This document shows, one piece after another, positions 1-7,238 of a DNA stretch of 32,000 bases. Position 1 is the stretch's first letter, and every line of letters begins with the position of its first letter. The position numbers and the translations under genes were made by a program. The notes under the pieces were generated by a model. The model was not told the DNA's origin, did not search any database, and saw nothing but the letters and a program-made list of their open reading frames with translations. The DNA is from Pyrolobus fumarii 1A (GTDB taxonomy: Archaea > Thermoproteota > Thermoprotei_A > Sulfolobales > Pyrodictiaceae), in the NCBI RefSeq assembly GCF_000223395.1, contig NC_015931.1, forward strand, positions 210,001-242,000, given 5' to 3'.

Positions 1-854
1 CCCATCATCGGTAGCCCGGTAGCCTGCTCGACGGTCCTTGCGAATGCCTCTCCGTACTCGAGCACCTTCAGCAGGAGCCTCTCGCGGAGAACCATGGGGA
101 TATTGCCAACCACCACGAAGCTTGGTTCGAGCGACTCGGCGAACCTAGGCGGCAGCCTCCTAAGACCATCCACGTTACTCTCATAGCGTATATCCATGCC
201 CGTGAGCTCCACGCGACGATAGAGCCTGGAGGCGTAGTAGTGGTAGTAGGCGGGCACGCCCACCACATACTCCTGGATGATAGCCTCCCTCGGGTCCCGA
301 ATGAGGCCCTCCCTAACCGCCCTCTCCAGTCCCCGCCTAACCTCCTCCGGGCTAGACGCCAGGAAGTAGCCACGACCACCCTTAGCGCCAGGCATCTTCA
401 CGATAACCAGCCCGTCAACCTCCTCCGGCGAGCCATACACCCGGGGCGTCGGTATACCAGCGTCGACCAACAAGCGCATCTTCGAGTGCTGGTCAGCCTC
501 TATCCTAAAGAGGCCACGGTTACCATGAATAGGCACCTCCAGCTTCTCAGCCCTCTCCACGCCAACGTACTCCACGAGACCAGCATGCGGCACAAGGATA
601 GCGTTAAGCGACCTAAGCTTCTCGACGATAGTCCCAGAGGCTATCTCGGACCAACTACGGAGCTTTAGCATATAGTCGTAGAGCCACGGGAACCTCTCGT
701 AGAGCGGCGCGAGATCCTCCCTAACAAGCAGTACGGTGCACAAACCCTCCCTCTTGGCGCCCGCTAGTATCTGTAGAGCAGAATGGCTACCAATAACAGC
801 TATACAGATGCGTTCGGGGTCGTAACCGGATACTATCCTAGAGCCTATCGACAC
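1..854 (-). CDS. purP: PurP-type 5-formaminoimidazole-4-carboxamide ribonucleotide (FAICAR) synthetase, ATP-grasp. Only the N-terminal ~284 codons are present; the 3' end runs off the window.
   Basis: Absent from the ORF track because it has no stop in-window. Hand translation of the minus strand starts at GTG (complement of 852-854). The only in-frame stop upstream is the Lrp stop at 891-893. The translation reads VSIGSRIVSGYDPERICIAVIGSHSALQILAGAKREGL...EVPIHGNRGLFRIEADQHSKMRLLVDAGIPTPRVY...VIVKMPGAKGGRGYFLASS...IQEYVVGVPAYYHYY...RVELTGMDIRYESNVDG. This matches the archaeal PurP pattern (GSHSALQI, GNR..., GA.GGRGYF, EYV.G, RYESN.DG). Confidence 0.8.
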   Translation of the reverse strand, partial: MSIGSRIVSGYDPERICIAVIGSHSALQILAGAKREGLCTVLLVREDLAPLYERFPWLYDYMLKLRSWSEIASGTIVEKLRSLNAILVPHAGLVEYVGVERAEKLEVPIHGNRGLFRIEADQHSKMRLLVDAGIPTPRVYGSPEEVDGLVIVKMPGAKGGRGYFLASSPEEVRRGLERAVREGLIRDPREAIIQEYVVGVPAYYHYYASRLYRRVELTGMDIRYESNVDGLRRLPPRFAESLEPSFVVVGNIPMVLRERLLLKVLEYGEAFARTVEQATGLPMM

Positions 855-890
855 TCGCGCCCCTCGCGTGGCCCGGCCCAGGCCCGCGCC

Positions 891-1352
891 TTAAACCCAG
901 TCACCATCCTTGAGCGTCTCGAGGACGATGGCCGGGCATATCCTCTTGACGCCTGGCATGCGGCTAATCTCCTCGTGTATACGTCGAAGCTCCTCGCTGT
1001 CCCTAGCCCAGATCAGGGCCATGATGTCATGGTCGCCGCTGGTTATCGCGAGCATCTTCACATACTCCTTCTTACGCAGCTCGTTAGCCACGGTGAGCAG
1101 ATGCTCAGGCTCGACATCAATGCCAGTGTAGGAGACCACGTTGTAGCCGAGCGCCTTGGGGTCGACCACGATAGTGTACCTCTTGATGACGCCCAGCTGC
1201 TCCAGCCTACGTATCCTCTTGATGACAGCCACGTCGCTGATACCCAGCTGTTTCGCCAGCTCCGTGTAAGACACCCTAGCGTTCCTAGACAGCGCAGCGA
1301 GTATGACCATGTCCTTCTCGTCAAGCTCCCCCTTGCCTACCACTCCTACCAC
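891..1352 (-). CDS. Lrp/AsnC family transcriptional regulator
   Basis: 153-aa ORF. N-terminal HTH (LDEKDMVILAALSRNARVSYTELAKQLGISDVAVIKRIRRLEQLGVIKRY) followed by a RAM/AsnC_trans_reg-like C-terminal domain. GTG start; alternative starts lie within the first 14 codons. Confidence 0.85.
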   Translation of the reverse strand: MVGVVGKGELDEKDMVILAALSRNARVSYTELAKQLGISDVAVIKRIRRLEQLGVIKRYTIVVDPKALGYNVVSYTGIDVEPEHLLTVANELRKKEYVKMLAITSGDHDIMALIWARDSEELRRIHEEISRMPGVKRICPAIVLETLKDGDWV

Positions 1353-1380
1353 TCCTCGTCTAAACGGCTAAACAACAAGG

Positions 1381-1393
1381 ATAGTATATTAAT
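1381..1393 (-). promoter_or_regulatory. TATA-box-like element upstream of the Lrp gene
   Basis: The minus strand reads ATTAATATACTAT about 30-40 nt upstream of the GTG at 1352, in an otherwise GC-rich spacer. Sequence inspection only. Confidence 0.3.
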
Positions 1394-1442
1394 CTCGCCG
1401 GTCAGCAAACCGAACCACACAACAAGTTATCAGCGAAGCACG

Positions 1443-2141
1443 TCAACCGCCAATCACGGTGCTCAACGCCTCCCCCAGAGGCCTCAACGAGAAAAGCGTG
1501 TAGCCAACCCTAACCTCCAAAGGCCACACCGAGGCAAGACTCCTCGCCTCCTCCCAGATACGCAAATGCCTCCTCGGAAGGAACAACACCACACGCTCCA
1601 ACCCCCGCCCAACAAGCACCTCGACAACCGCCGCCAGCAGCCCTACAACCCTCTCAAACGCCCTCCTATCGCCAAGAACCTCCTCCGGGTGAAGCTCGTA
1701 ACAACAAGCAGGATAATCCCAAGCACGCCAATAAGGCACAAAGACAAGAAGATCACTCAAATAGAGCCACTCTACACCCTGAGGTGCAAAACCATTCCAC
1801 AAGCCAAGCCTCCGCAACAAACCAGCAACCTTCCTCGAGGTAGGCGACAACGGATACGGCTTCACATTACTACACGGCGTGACAAGCGCCACCCGAAACC
1901 TCGGCTCATAAACCTCGAGAAGCCAACGATGCCAAGCACGAACCGAAGGATGATCCAACGCCCGGACACCAACAAGACCAGGATCAACACCAGACACGTG
2001 CCGAGCCGGAAACCTCCCCCGCTCATCCTTAGGAATGGCCAGCCTCCCCCTCCCCAAAACACCAAGCCCAACGCAAAACCACAAACCCCTACCCTGAAAA
2101 ACATAGCAAGAGAAACAACGCGACACACAAAGCCACGCCAC
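1443..2141 (-). CDS. DUF5591-domain protein (ArcS C-terminal-like, tRNA archaeosine-pathway related)
   Basis: 232-aa ORF containing ALVTPCSNVKPYPLSPTS. This resembles the PC-X3-KPY-X2-S-X2-H signature recalled for ArcS/DUF5591, with the last position S instead of H. The start is uncertain. The coding strand is strongly G/T-rich. Confidence 0.5.
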   Translation of the reverse strand: MAWLCVSRCFSCYVFQGRGLWFCVGLGVLGRGRLAIPKDERGRFPARHVSGVDPGLVGVRALDHPSVRAWHRWLLEVYEPRFRVALVTPCSNVKPYPLSPTSRKVAGLLRRLGLWNGFAPQGVEWLYLSDLLVFVPYWRAWDYPACCYELHPEEVLGDRRAFERVVGLLAAVVEVLVGRGLERVVLFLPRRHLRIWEEARSLASVWPLEVRVGYTLFSLRPLGEALSTVIGG

Positions 2142-2221
2142 AGAGAGAAGAGCGCCAGACGCACATGCAAGGCATAAACCCTAAACCCGTGCAAACACGG
2201 CAACAAACCGTGGAGCGAGGC

Positions 2222-2297
2222 AGCCGGGTCGTCTAGCGGCCAAGGATGCGGGGCTTTGGCCCCCGTGACCGGGGTTCGAATCCCCGCCCGGCTACCA
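2222..2297 (+). tRNA. tRNA-Gln-TTG: tRNA-Gln, anticodon UUG, with encoded CCA (mature body 2222-2294)
   Basis: Hand-folded cloverleaf. Acceptor AGCCGGG/CCCGGCU, anticodon stem CGGGG/CCCCG with loop CUUUGGC, T arm CGGGG-UUCGAAU-CCCCG, discriminator A, then CCA. Confidence 0.9.
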
Positions 2298-2428
2298 CAC
2301 AACCCGGCTCCCACAATCATCCCAATCCTTTAGGCATAGGTCTAGCACAAAGTCGTAACAAGCGCGAGAGCAACGCTGCAACATTACCCTCTTAACCCTC
2401 CAGGCAAGACAGACACGAGAATGGCCAA

Positions 2429-2506
<78 letters not shown>

Positions 2507-2636
2507 CACAATGCTCCTCTGCTTTCTGCTCCCGGTAGCTGGATACATCAGCAGGAGCGCCCATACTCTTACCAGGTTGTCTTGCCATTGTCCCCGGATG
2601 CCATGCTTGTTATAGCGCTGTTGAGGATTACGGCTG

Positions 2637-2647
2637 GGGCCCGTAGC
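2637..2647 (+). repeat. 11-nt direct copy of the 5' end of tRNA-Arg (GGGCCCGTAGC), followed by a short hairpin
   Basis: Identical to 2429-2439. It is immediately followed by TGTCAT-N9-ATGACA (2649-2669). It may be an att-like remnant or a chance match. Confidence 0.3.
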
Positions 2648-2816
2648 ATGTCATTTTAACAAGATGACAAGCATTCCTCCGGAGAGTGTTCTGAACAGTG
2701 TACCAGCGGATTGTTGCGGGCTCACGGTTTTAACGGCCACTATAGCAGGCCGGAACAAGCTTCGAACCGAGTTTTAAACCATGTCTATGCGATACTTGTC
2801 CTAGAGGTGGCTAGGG

Positions 2817-2966
2817 ATGAGTAGGGTTATCAAGGCTGTGTATGAGAAGGGTGTACTGCGTCCATTGGAGAAGCTTGATCTGCCCGAGGGTGTCCGGGTG
2901 AGGCTGAGGATTGAGGGGATTTATGGCCTTCTAAAGGACTGGAGGGTGGAGACCCCAAGAAGCTAA
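2817..2966 (+). CDS. DUF104-type antitoxin-like small protein (49 codons as written). The C-terminus appears frame-shifted.
   Basis: Below the ORF-track size cutoff. Hand translation gives MSRVIKAVYEKGVLRPLEKLDLPEGVRVRLRIEGIYGLLKDWRVETPRS*. The AVYE.GVL.PLE...L.EG..V...I pattern is typical of archaeal DUF104 antitoxins. A protein-like tail, DPKKLKDELRRLHG*, continues in another frame to 2995. Confidence 0.6.
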   Translation: MSRVIKAVYEKGVLRPLEKLDLPEGVRVRLRIEGIYGLLKDWRVETPRS

Positions 2967-3001
2967 AGGATGAGTTGAGGAGGCTGCATGGTTGAATAGC
3001 C

Positions 3002-3380
3002 TTGGCGCGCTACTATGCCGATAGCTGTGTCCTGTCGAGGATTCTTAGGGGTAGCCCCGCCTACGAGAGGTATGCCCAGCGAGGAGCTTGTCACTAGCGA
3101 ATTCAACTTATTGGAGCTTGCATACGCGTTGACCAGAGACTATGGTAGAGAGAAAGCGGTTAAGATACTGAGGATAGTACGGGCCTTTGTAACCGTTGTT
3201 CAAGCCACAGATGAAGATTATGTTGAAGCCTCTGCACTACGCATAGAGTTAAAGAAACGGGGCAAGAACCTCTCCCTGATAGACGCCCTAGGCTATGTGC
3301 TTGCAAGACGCCTTAGGATACCATTCCTAACGGGTGATCGTGAATTCAAAGATCTGGATGGAGTAGAATATGTTAAATGA
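3002..3380 (+). pseudogene. vapC: PIN-domain (VapC-like) toxin gene interrupted by a frameshift near 3072-3090
   Basis: The ORF-track ORF 3015-3380 has a PIN C-terminal half (EELVTSEFNLLELAYAL...LSLIDALGYVLARRLRIPFLTGDREFKDL). The expected N-terminus (M)ARYYADSCVLSRILRGSPAYERYAQ, with the first PIN Asp, is in a different frame. It starts at TTG 3002 and stops at TAG 3095-3097. Confidence 0.6.
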
Positions 3381-3663
3381 AGAGCCTGATGAAGCATCAT
3401 AGGAACACATGGAGTGTTATCTCAAGGATATACCATTATGCCATAATACCTTGAATACGCATCAGTCGCAGTACCGTAATATTAACAGCCTCATCGAGCT
3501 TTGGACAATCCGTGTTATACCCGGTCTCCTGGCCGGAAGGCCCGTGTTCAATCCTGTTAATGAGGAGAGCGTGAAGCATAGGTTAAGGAATTGATTAGTG
3601 TGGCATGCTCCTGGTTAGTATGTTGCGATGTGCATATGGTCATATGGTTGCTCTCGCTGTATC

Positions 3664-4530
3664 CTAGCCTTTAATTCTGTTCTCCTTGCTTTTAATCCAT
3701 GGTTTTCCTCGTTTGAGTATCGTTGGATCTTCCATTAGACCTTCTGGGTTTATCGCCCTTCGAGGCTCCTTACCGAGTACAAAGTACAATGATTCTTCCT
3801 CGGTGGGTATGATGTCTACGTCCTTGGTGAATAGCCATAGGGTTGACGCGATGTGCGCTATGCTCCTAAAGTTTAATGGTAGTATGGTTGCCTCGAAGTC
3901 TTTTAGTCTAACAAACGCCCGATAGTATGACCCCGTGATGAGATCGTACCTAACGTGGAATGATATACTGAGCTGCTCTAAGTCAGTGTTCTCAACTATT
4001 ATCTCTTTGAACCCTTTCCTGAATATCATGTCCACCCTGTCCATCTCCTCTATGATGATCACGCCATCGTCTTTTAGAGCATTGGCTGCTGATGCGAACA
4101 GCCTGGGCATATCCCATTCATTGAAGTGCGCCAGAATAGCACCATACATCAAGACTATATCGAATCTACCAAGCTTGTACGCGTCTAGAGCATCCATGAC
4201 ATACGCTTCGGCCTCTACGTTCTCCTCCCGGGCGAAGCGTCGTGCATCCTCTATGGCATCCTCGCGCAAGTCAACCATCACTAGCTTGACCTTTACGCTT
4301 CTCCTCATGAGCACCTTTGCTAATGCAACGCCACCAATGCCTCTACCAGCGCCAACATCCAGAATCGAGAGACTATCGTTATTGAGTAGCTCAGCCAGCC
4401 ATGGATGGCTGGCAAGGCGTTCAAACTCTCTAATAGCTCTAAGGTACCTCTCCTTACCCTTGTAAGACCAAGGATTATCTCCCCAGTCGACTATCCTATA
4501 CGCCTTTTCAAGTACATCCTTGTTGTCCAA
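3664..4530 (-). CDS. Class I SAM-dependent methyltransferase
   Basis: 288-aa ORF with motif I ILDVGAGRGIGG followed by an acidic post-I residue (VMVDL). GC content is visibly lower than in the neighbouring genes. Confidence 0.7.
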   Translation of the reverse strand: MDNKDVLEKAYRIVDWGDNPWSYKGKERYLRAIREFERLASHPWLAELLNNDSLSILDVGAGRGIGGVALAKVLMRRSVKVKLVMVDLREDAIEDARRFAREENVEAEAYVMDALDAYKLGRFDIVLMYGAILAHFNEWDMPRLFASAANALKDDGVIIIEEMDRVDMIFRKGFKEIIVENTDLEQLSISFHVRYDLITGSYYRAFVRLKDFEATILPLNFRSIAHIASTLWLFTKDVDIIPTEEESLYFVLGKEPRRAINPEGLMEDPTILKRGKPWIKSKENRIKG

Positions 4531-4583
4531 TATGTGGCCCCTACCATGGCGAGTAGTTAGGCGCCTCTAGTGGGGCTTACCCT

Positions 4584-5324
4584 CTAAGCTATCTTCTCAC
4601 AAGCCTCTATGCACTCGTTGCTGACCTCTAGTTTGATCTTTGTGAACTCCATGTTTGCTAGGTCTATTATGAGGAGGTGGCCTGCGAGTGTCTCGCCGTA
4701 CCCTGTTATTAGTTTGATTGCTTCTGTTGCTGCTAGCGTGCCTACTACGCCGGGTGTGACGCCGACGACCGGTATGGGTCGTTGTGGGTCGCGTGGGTTG
4801 CGTACGATGCAGCGCAGGCAGGGGGTTTTGCCTGGTATGATTGTGGTTAGCTGGCCGTACATCCCGTGGATGCCTGCGTGCACGAAGGGTTTGCGGTGTT
4901 TCCAGCAGAGCTCGTCTAGCACTAGCCTCGCGGACCAGTTGTCCAGGCCGTCTATCACGACGTCTGCTCTCTTGACGAGGGGCTCTATGGTCTCCCTGGA
5001 TACTGTTGCCACGTGGGCTTCTATCCTAACGTCGGGGTTGAGCTTTGATAGTCTCTCGGCGGCTACTAGCGCCTTTGGCTTGCCGATATCCTCCTCGGTG
5101 TAGAGCACCTGGCGGTTGAGGTTTGATGGCTCAACAGCGTCCCTATCTACCAGTATCAGGTGGCCGACTCCGGCGAGTGTCAGGTAGAGCGAGGCTATCG
5201 AGCCTAGCCCGCCGACGCCGACTACGAGCACCGTCGCCTGGCGGAGTTTCTCTTGTGCCTCGCGGCCCCAGAGGCGTAGCTGCCTATCGTACCTCTCCAT
5301 GTTCCCGGCGTACCCGTACGCCAT
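4584..5324 (-). CDS. moeB: ThiF/MoeB/UbaA-type E1-like adenylyltransferase
   Basis: 246-aa ORF. Contains RYDRQLRLWG, the Rossmann motif VLVVGVGGLGS, NLNRQ, and two Cys pairs (CLRC, ECIEAC). Its start overlaps the 3' end of the upstream MoaD-MoaE gene. An alternative ATG lies at 5300. Confidence 0.85.
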   Translation of the reverse strand: MAYGYAGNMERYDRQLRLWGREAQEKLRQATVLVVGVGGLGSIASLYLTLAGVGHLILVDRDAVEPSNLNRQVLYTEEDIGKPKALVAAERLSKLNPDVRIEAHVATVSRETIEPLVKRADVVIDGLDNWSARLVLDELCWKHRKPFVHAGIHGMYGQLTTIIPGKTPCLRCIVRNPRDPQRPIPVVGVTPGVVGTLAATEAIKLITGYGETLAGHLLIIDLANMEFTKIKLEVSNECIEACEKIA

Positions 5325-6087
5325 CGCCCATCACCCAGTAGTCTCCATCCGCGCGCCTCTCTAGCTTGAATATGGGGGCCTGGTGCTTCACCTCCTCTAG
5401 GATGCTGCGGGCGGTTTCGAAGGCGGTTTTGCGGTCGCGGGCGGCCACGAGGATGTATATCGTCGTGTCTCCGGGTTTCAGCCTACCAACCCTATGGTAC
5501 ACGATGACGTCGGTGACGCCTTCCCTCTTGGAGTGCTTCTCTGCAATCTCGCGTAGCGTCCTGGACGCTAGAGGCTCGTAAGCCTCGTACACAAGCTCGT
5601 GCACCTCATTGCCATCCACAACACCCTTGACGAACCCTACGAAGACCACTAGCGCTCCACTACCCTTCTTGGACGCTTCCCTCGCAAGCCTAGAGACAAC
5701 CTCGTTCAAGTCGAGCTCCTGCTCTATGAGGCCGGCCTCTACAACCCCGCCGGCCGCAGGCGGCAAGAGCACAACCTCATCCCCGTCGCTCACCACATGG
5801 TCCATGCTAGCGGGGCTCCCATTCACCACCACGAGGGGCTTCAACCCGTGCTCCTCTAGCACTTGGAGTGCTCTTGCCAAGCCAGGCAACCGCCTCCTAG
5901 CCTCCTCGACAACCATACCCACGCTGACGCTGTCCCTCTCAACCTCTAGTGTCAGCTCATCGACGCCCGCCATGTCCCTAAACATGGCTACGAGACGGAG
6001 CCGGACTCTCACACGACCCCCAGCTATAGGCGTGAACGTGCCCCCTAAACCTCCCCCGGAGCACTCTACACAGCCAAGTGGTAACAC
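5284..6087 (-). CDS. moaE: MoaD-like (beta-grasp, ubiquitin-like) domain fused to the MoaE molybdopterin synthase catalytic domain
   Basis: The N-terminal ~90 aa (RVRVRLRLVAMFRDMAG...VVSDGDEVVLLPPAAGG) end in a di-glycine encoded at 5746-5751. A MoaE-like domain follows (ALVVFVGFVKG...EAYEPLA...VIVYHRVGRLKPGDTTIYILVAARDRKTAFE...IFKLE). The real start may be the GTG at 6012 rather than the ATG at 6087. Confidence 0.8.
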   Translation of the reverse strand: MLPLGCVECSGGGLGGTFTPIAGGRVRVRLRLVAMFRDMAGVDELTLEVERDSVSVGMVVEEARRRLPGLARALQVLEEHGLKPLVVVNGSPASMDHVVSDGDEVVLLPPAAGGVVEAGLIEQELDLNEVVSRLAREASKKGSGALVVFVGFVKGVVDGNEVHELVYEAYEPLASRTLREIAEKHSKREGVTDVIVYHRVGRLKPGDTTIYILVAARDRKTAFETARSILEEVKHQAPIFKLERRADGDYWVMGDGVRVRREHGEVR

Positions 6088-6560
6088 GGGTTAGAGTGGC
6101 ACACCTCCCCATCGATGCAAGGCCCGCAGTCGCGCCCCTCAACTACAACCTCTACCTCGCGAATCGGCCCTCCACGCTCTAACATCCACGCGCGTAGCTC
6201 TCCCATACACGAGGCTATCACCCACACAACCCTCCAGACAGCCATGCCGCTAGCGTCGCGAGCACTCGGCACAGCATGGCCGGATGGATGCGTATGTATA
6301 ACGGCGATAACCTCCAGCCCCTTTTCGTCTGCCAGCTCGGAGACCTTCAGCGTAGTCACGGGGTCTACCAGGAACTCTATCCGCGGATGCTCGGCCACGT
6401 TACACCCAAGCTGATAACACATAGATACGCCGCTATCACCATCGATATAGCCGAGGATAAAGCCCCCGACCTCCACTCCACACGTGCATGCCAGAGCTTG
6501 CAGCCTTCTCGCGGCATCCCTGCAGAGGAGTATACGGTTTACACGATCAAGCTTCTGCAA
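6066..6560 (-). CDS. JAMM/MPN+ metalloprotease
   Basis: 164-aa ORF with a TTG start. It carries the JAMM motif HTHPSGHAVPSARD (H-x-H-x7-S-x2-D) with an upstream Glu (AEHPRIEF). Confidence 0.8.
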   Translation of the reverse strand: MQKLDRVNRILLCRDAARRLQALACTCGVEVGGFILGYIDGDSGVSMCYQLGCNVAEHPRIEFLVDPVTTLKVSELADEKGLEVIAVIHTHPSGHAVPSARDASGMAVWRVVWVIASCMGELRAWMLERGGPIREVEVVVEGRDCGPCIDGEVCHSNPCYHLAV

Positions 6561-6622
6561 GACTCTCGGTATCCCGCCAGGTAGGCCTCCAAGCCGCCTT
6601 ATACCGTTCGTTTGGCATCCAC

Positions 6623-6644
6623 CCGTGGAGGGCAGCCTCCACGG
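6623..6644. other. Perfect 9-bp GC-rich inverted repeat / stem-loop in the divergent intergenic region
   Basis: CCGTGGAGG-GCAG-CCTCCACGG. It lies 63-84 nt upstream of the JAMM start. No convergent gene is present that it could terminate. Confidence 0.3.
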
Positions 6645-6839
6645 CGACGCACCCGATCAGGTTGAGGATTCCTTGGACGAGTAGATAGTGGTGATTAGTG
6701 TGTCATTATGACAAGTTGTAGATGTTTGAGCTGTGAGTCTTCACGTCTCTGTATATATGTGGTGTGGGATGGGAGGTTGTCTTGCCCGAGGGTAGTTTAA
6801 CCCTATTCTAGGCGCGAGTTGTAGTAACGGTGGTACCTT

Positions 6840-7238
6840 CTGCACGAGCTTGCAATCGTTAACGCGATACTAGCTGAGATCGAGAGGGTGGTGAAGCAAG
6901 GGTATAACGTAGAAGAGGTTGTGGTATACCTCGGCGAGTTGCAGAACGCCGACCGCGAGGTAATCGAGTCGTACCTCAAGAGGCTTGCACCCGAAATAGC
7001 GCCTGGGGTACGCGTGCGCTCTGAGGTTGAGAAGGCTAGGTTTAGGTGCAGGGTTTGCGGCAGTGAATGGAGTCTCCAAGACCTAGACCTCGACGAGGAT
7101 ATACGCGAGGCGGTACACTTCGTACCCGAGGCTATCTACAGCTTCGCTAAGTGTCCTCGCTGCGGGAGCCGGGACTTCGAGATAGTCTCGGGCCGCGGTG
7201 TCAGACTCTCCCTAAAGGTCAGCCGTGGCGAGGGGTAG
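6840..7238 (+). CDS. hypA: Hydrogenase nickel-insertion metallochaperone HypA
   Basis: The ORF track begins at GTG 6888, but hand translation from 6840 gives (L)HELAIVNAILAEIERVVKQG.... This restores the canonical M-H-E N-terminus. Zinc motif CRVCGSEW...CPRCGS. In-frame TAA at 6825-6827. The apparent start codon is CTG, preceded by GGTGG 6 nt upstream. Confidence 0.8.
   Translation: MHELAIVNAILAEIERVVKQGYNVEEVVVYLGELQNADREVIESYLKRLAPEIAPGVRVRSEVEKARFRCRVCGSEWSLQDLDLDEDIREAVHFVPEAIYSFAKCPRCGSRDFEIVSGRGVRLSLKVSRGEG

Noticed and set aside
1179-1226. 12-nt direct repeat CCTCTTGATGAC (1179-1190 and 1215-1226).
   Set aside because: It lies inside the Lrp gene and simply encodes the repeated peptide VIKR (AVIKRIRRLEQLGVIKRY) in the HTH region.
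783-2177. 464-aa plus-strand ORF, the longest ORF in the first 3 kb.
   Set aside because: It is a shadow ORF. Its translation is low-complexity (P/R/K/T/Q/N-rich). It lies antisense to two ORFs with recognisable families (Lrp/AsnC and DUF5591). It exists only because the minus-strand coding sequence is G/T-rich, which leaves the plus strand free of stops.
3387-3392. UGAUGA C-box-like hexamer just after the PIN gene stop, as a possible C/D box sRNA.
   Set aside because: No CUGA D or D' box occurs in the following ~100 nt, and there is no terminal stem.
3409-3594. 61-aa plus ORF and a 47-codon minus ORF in the AT-rich gap between the PIN gene and the methyltransferase.
   Set aside because: Neither has a recognisable motif, promoter or ribosome-binding context, and neither is protein-like in composition. 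The gap is more likely decayed island sequence.
6561-6700. Two 66-aa plus ORFs and a ~31-codon minus ORF abutting the JAMM start.
   Set aside because: No motifs are present, the ORFs overlap one another, and they span the 9-bp palindrome. The region is better explained as a regulatory spacer.
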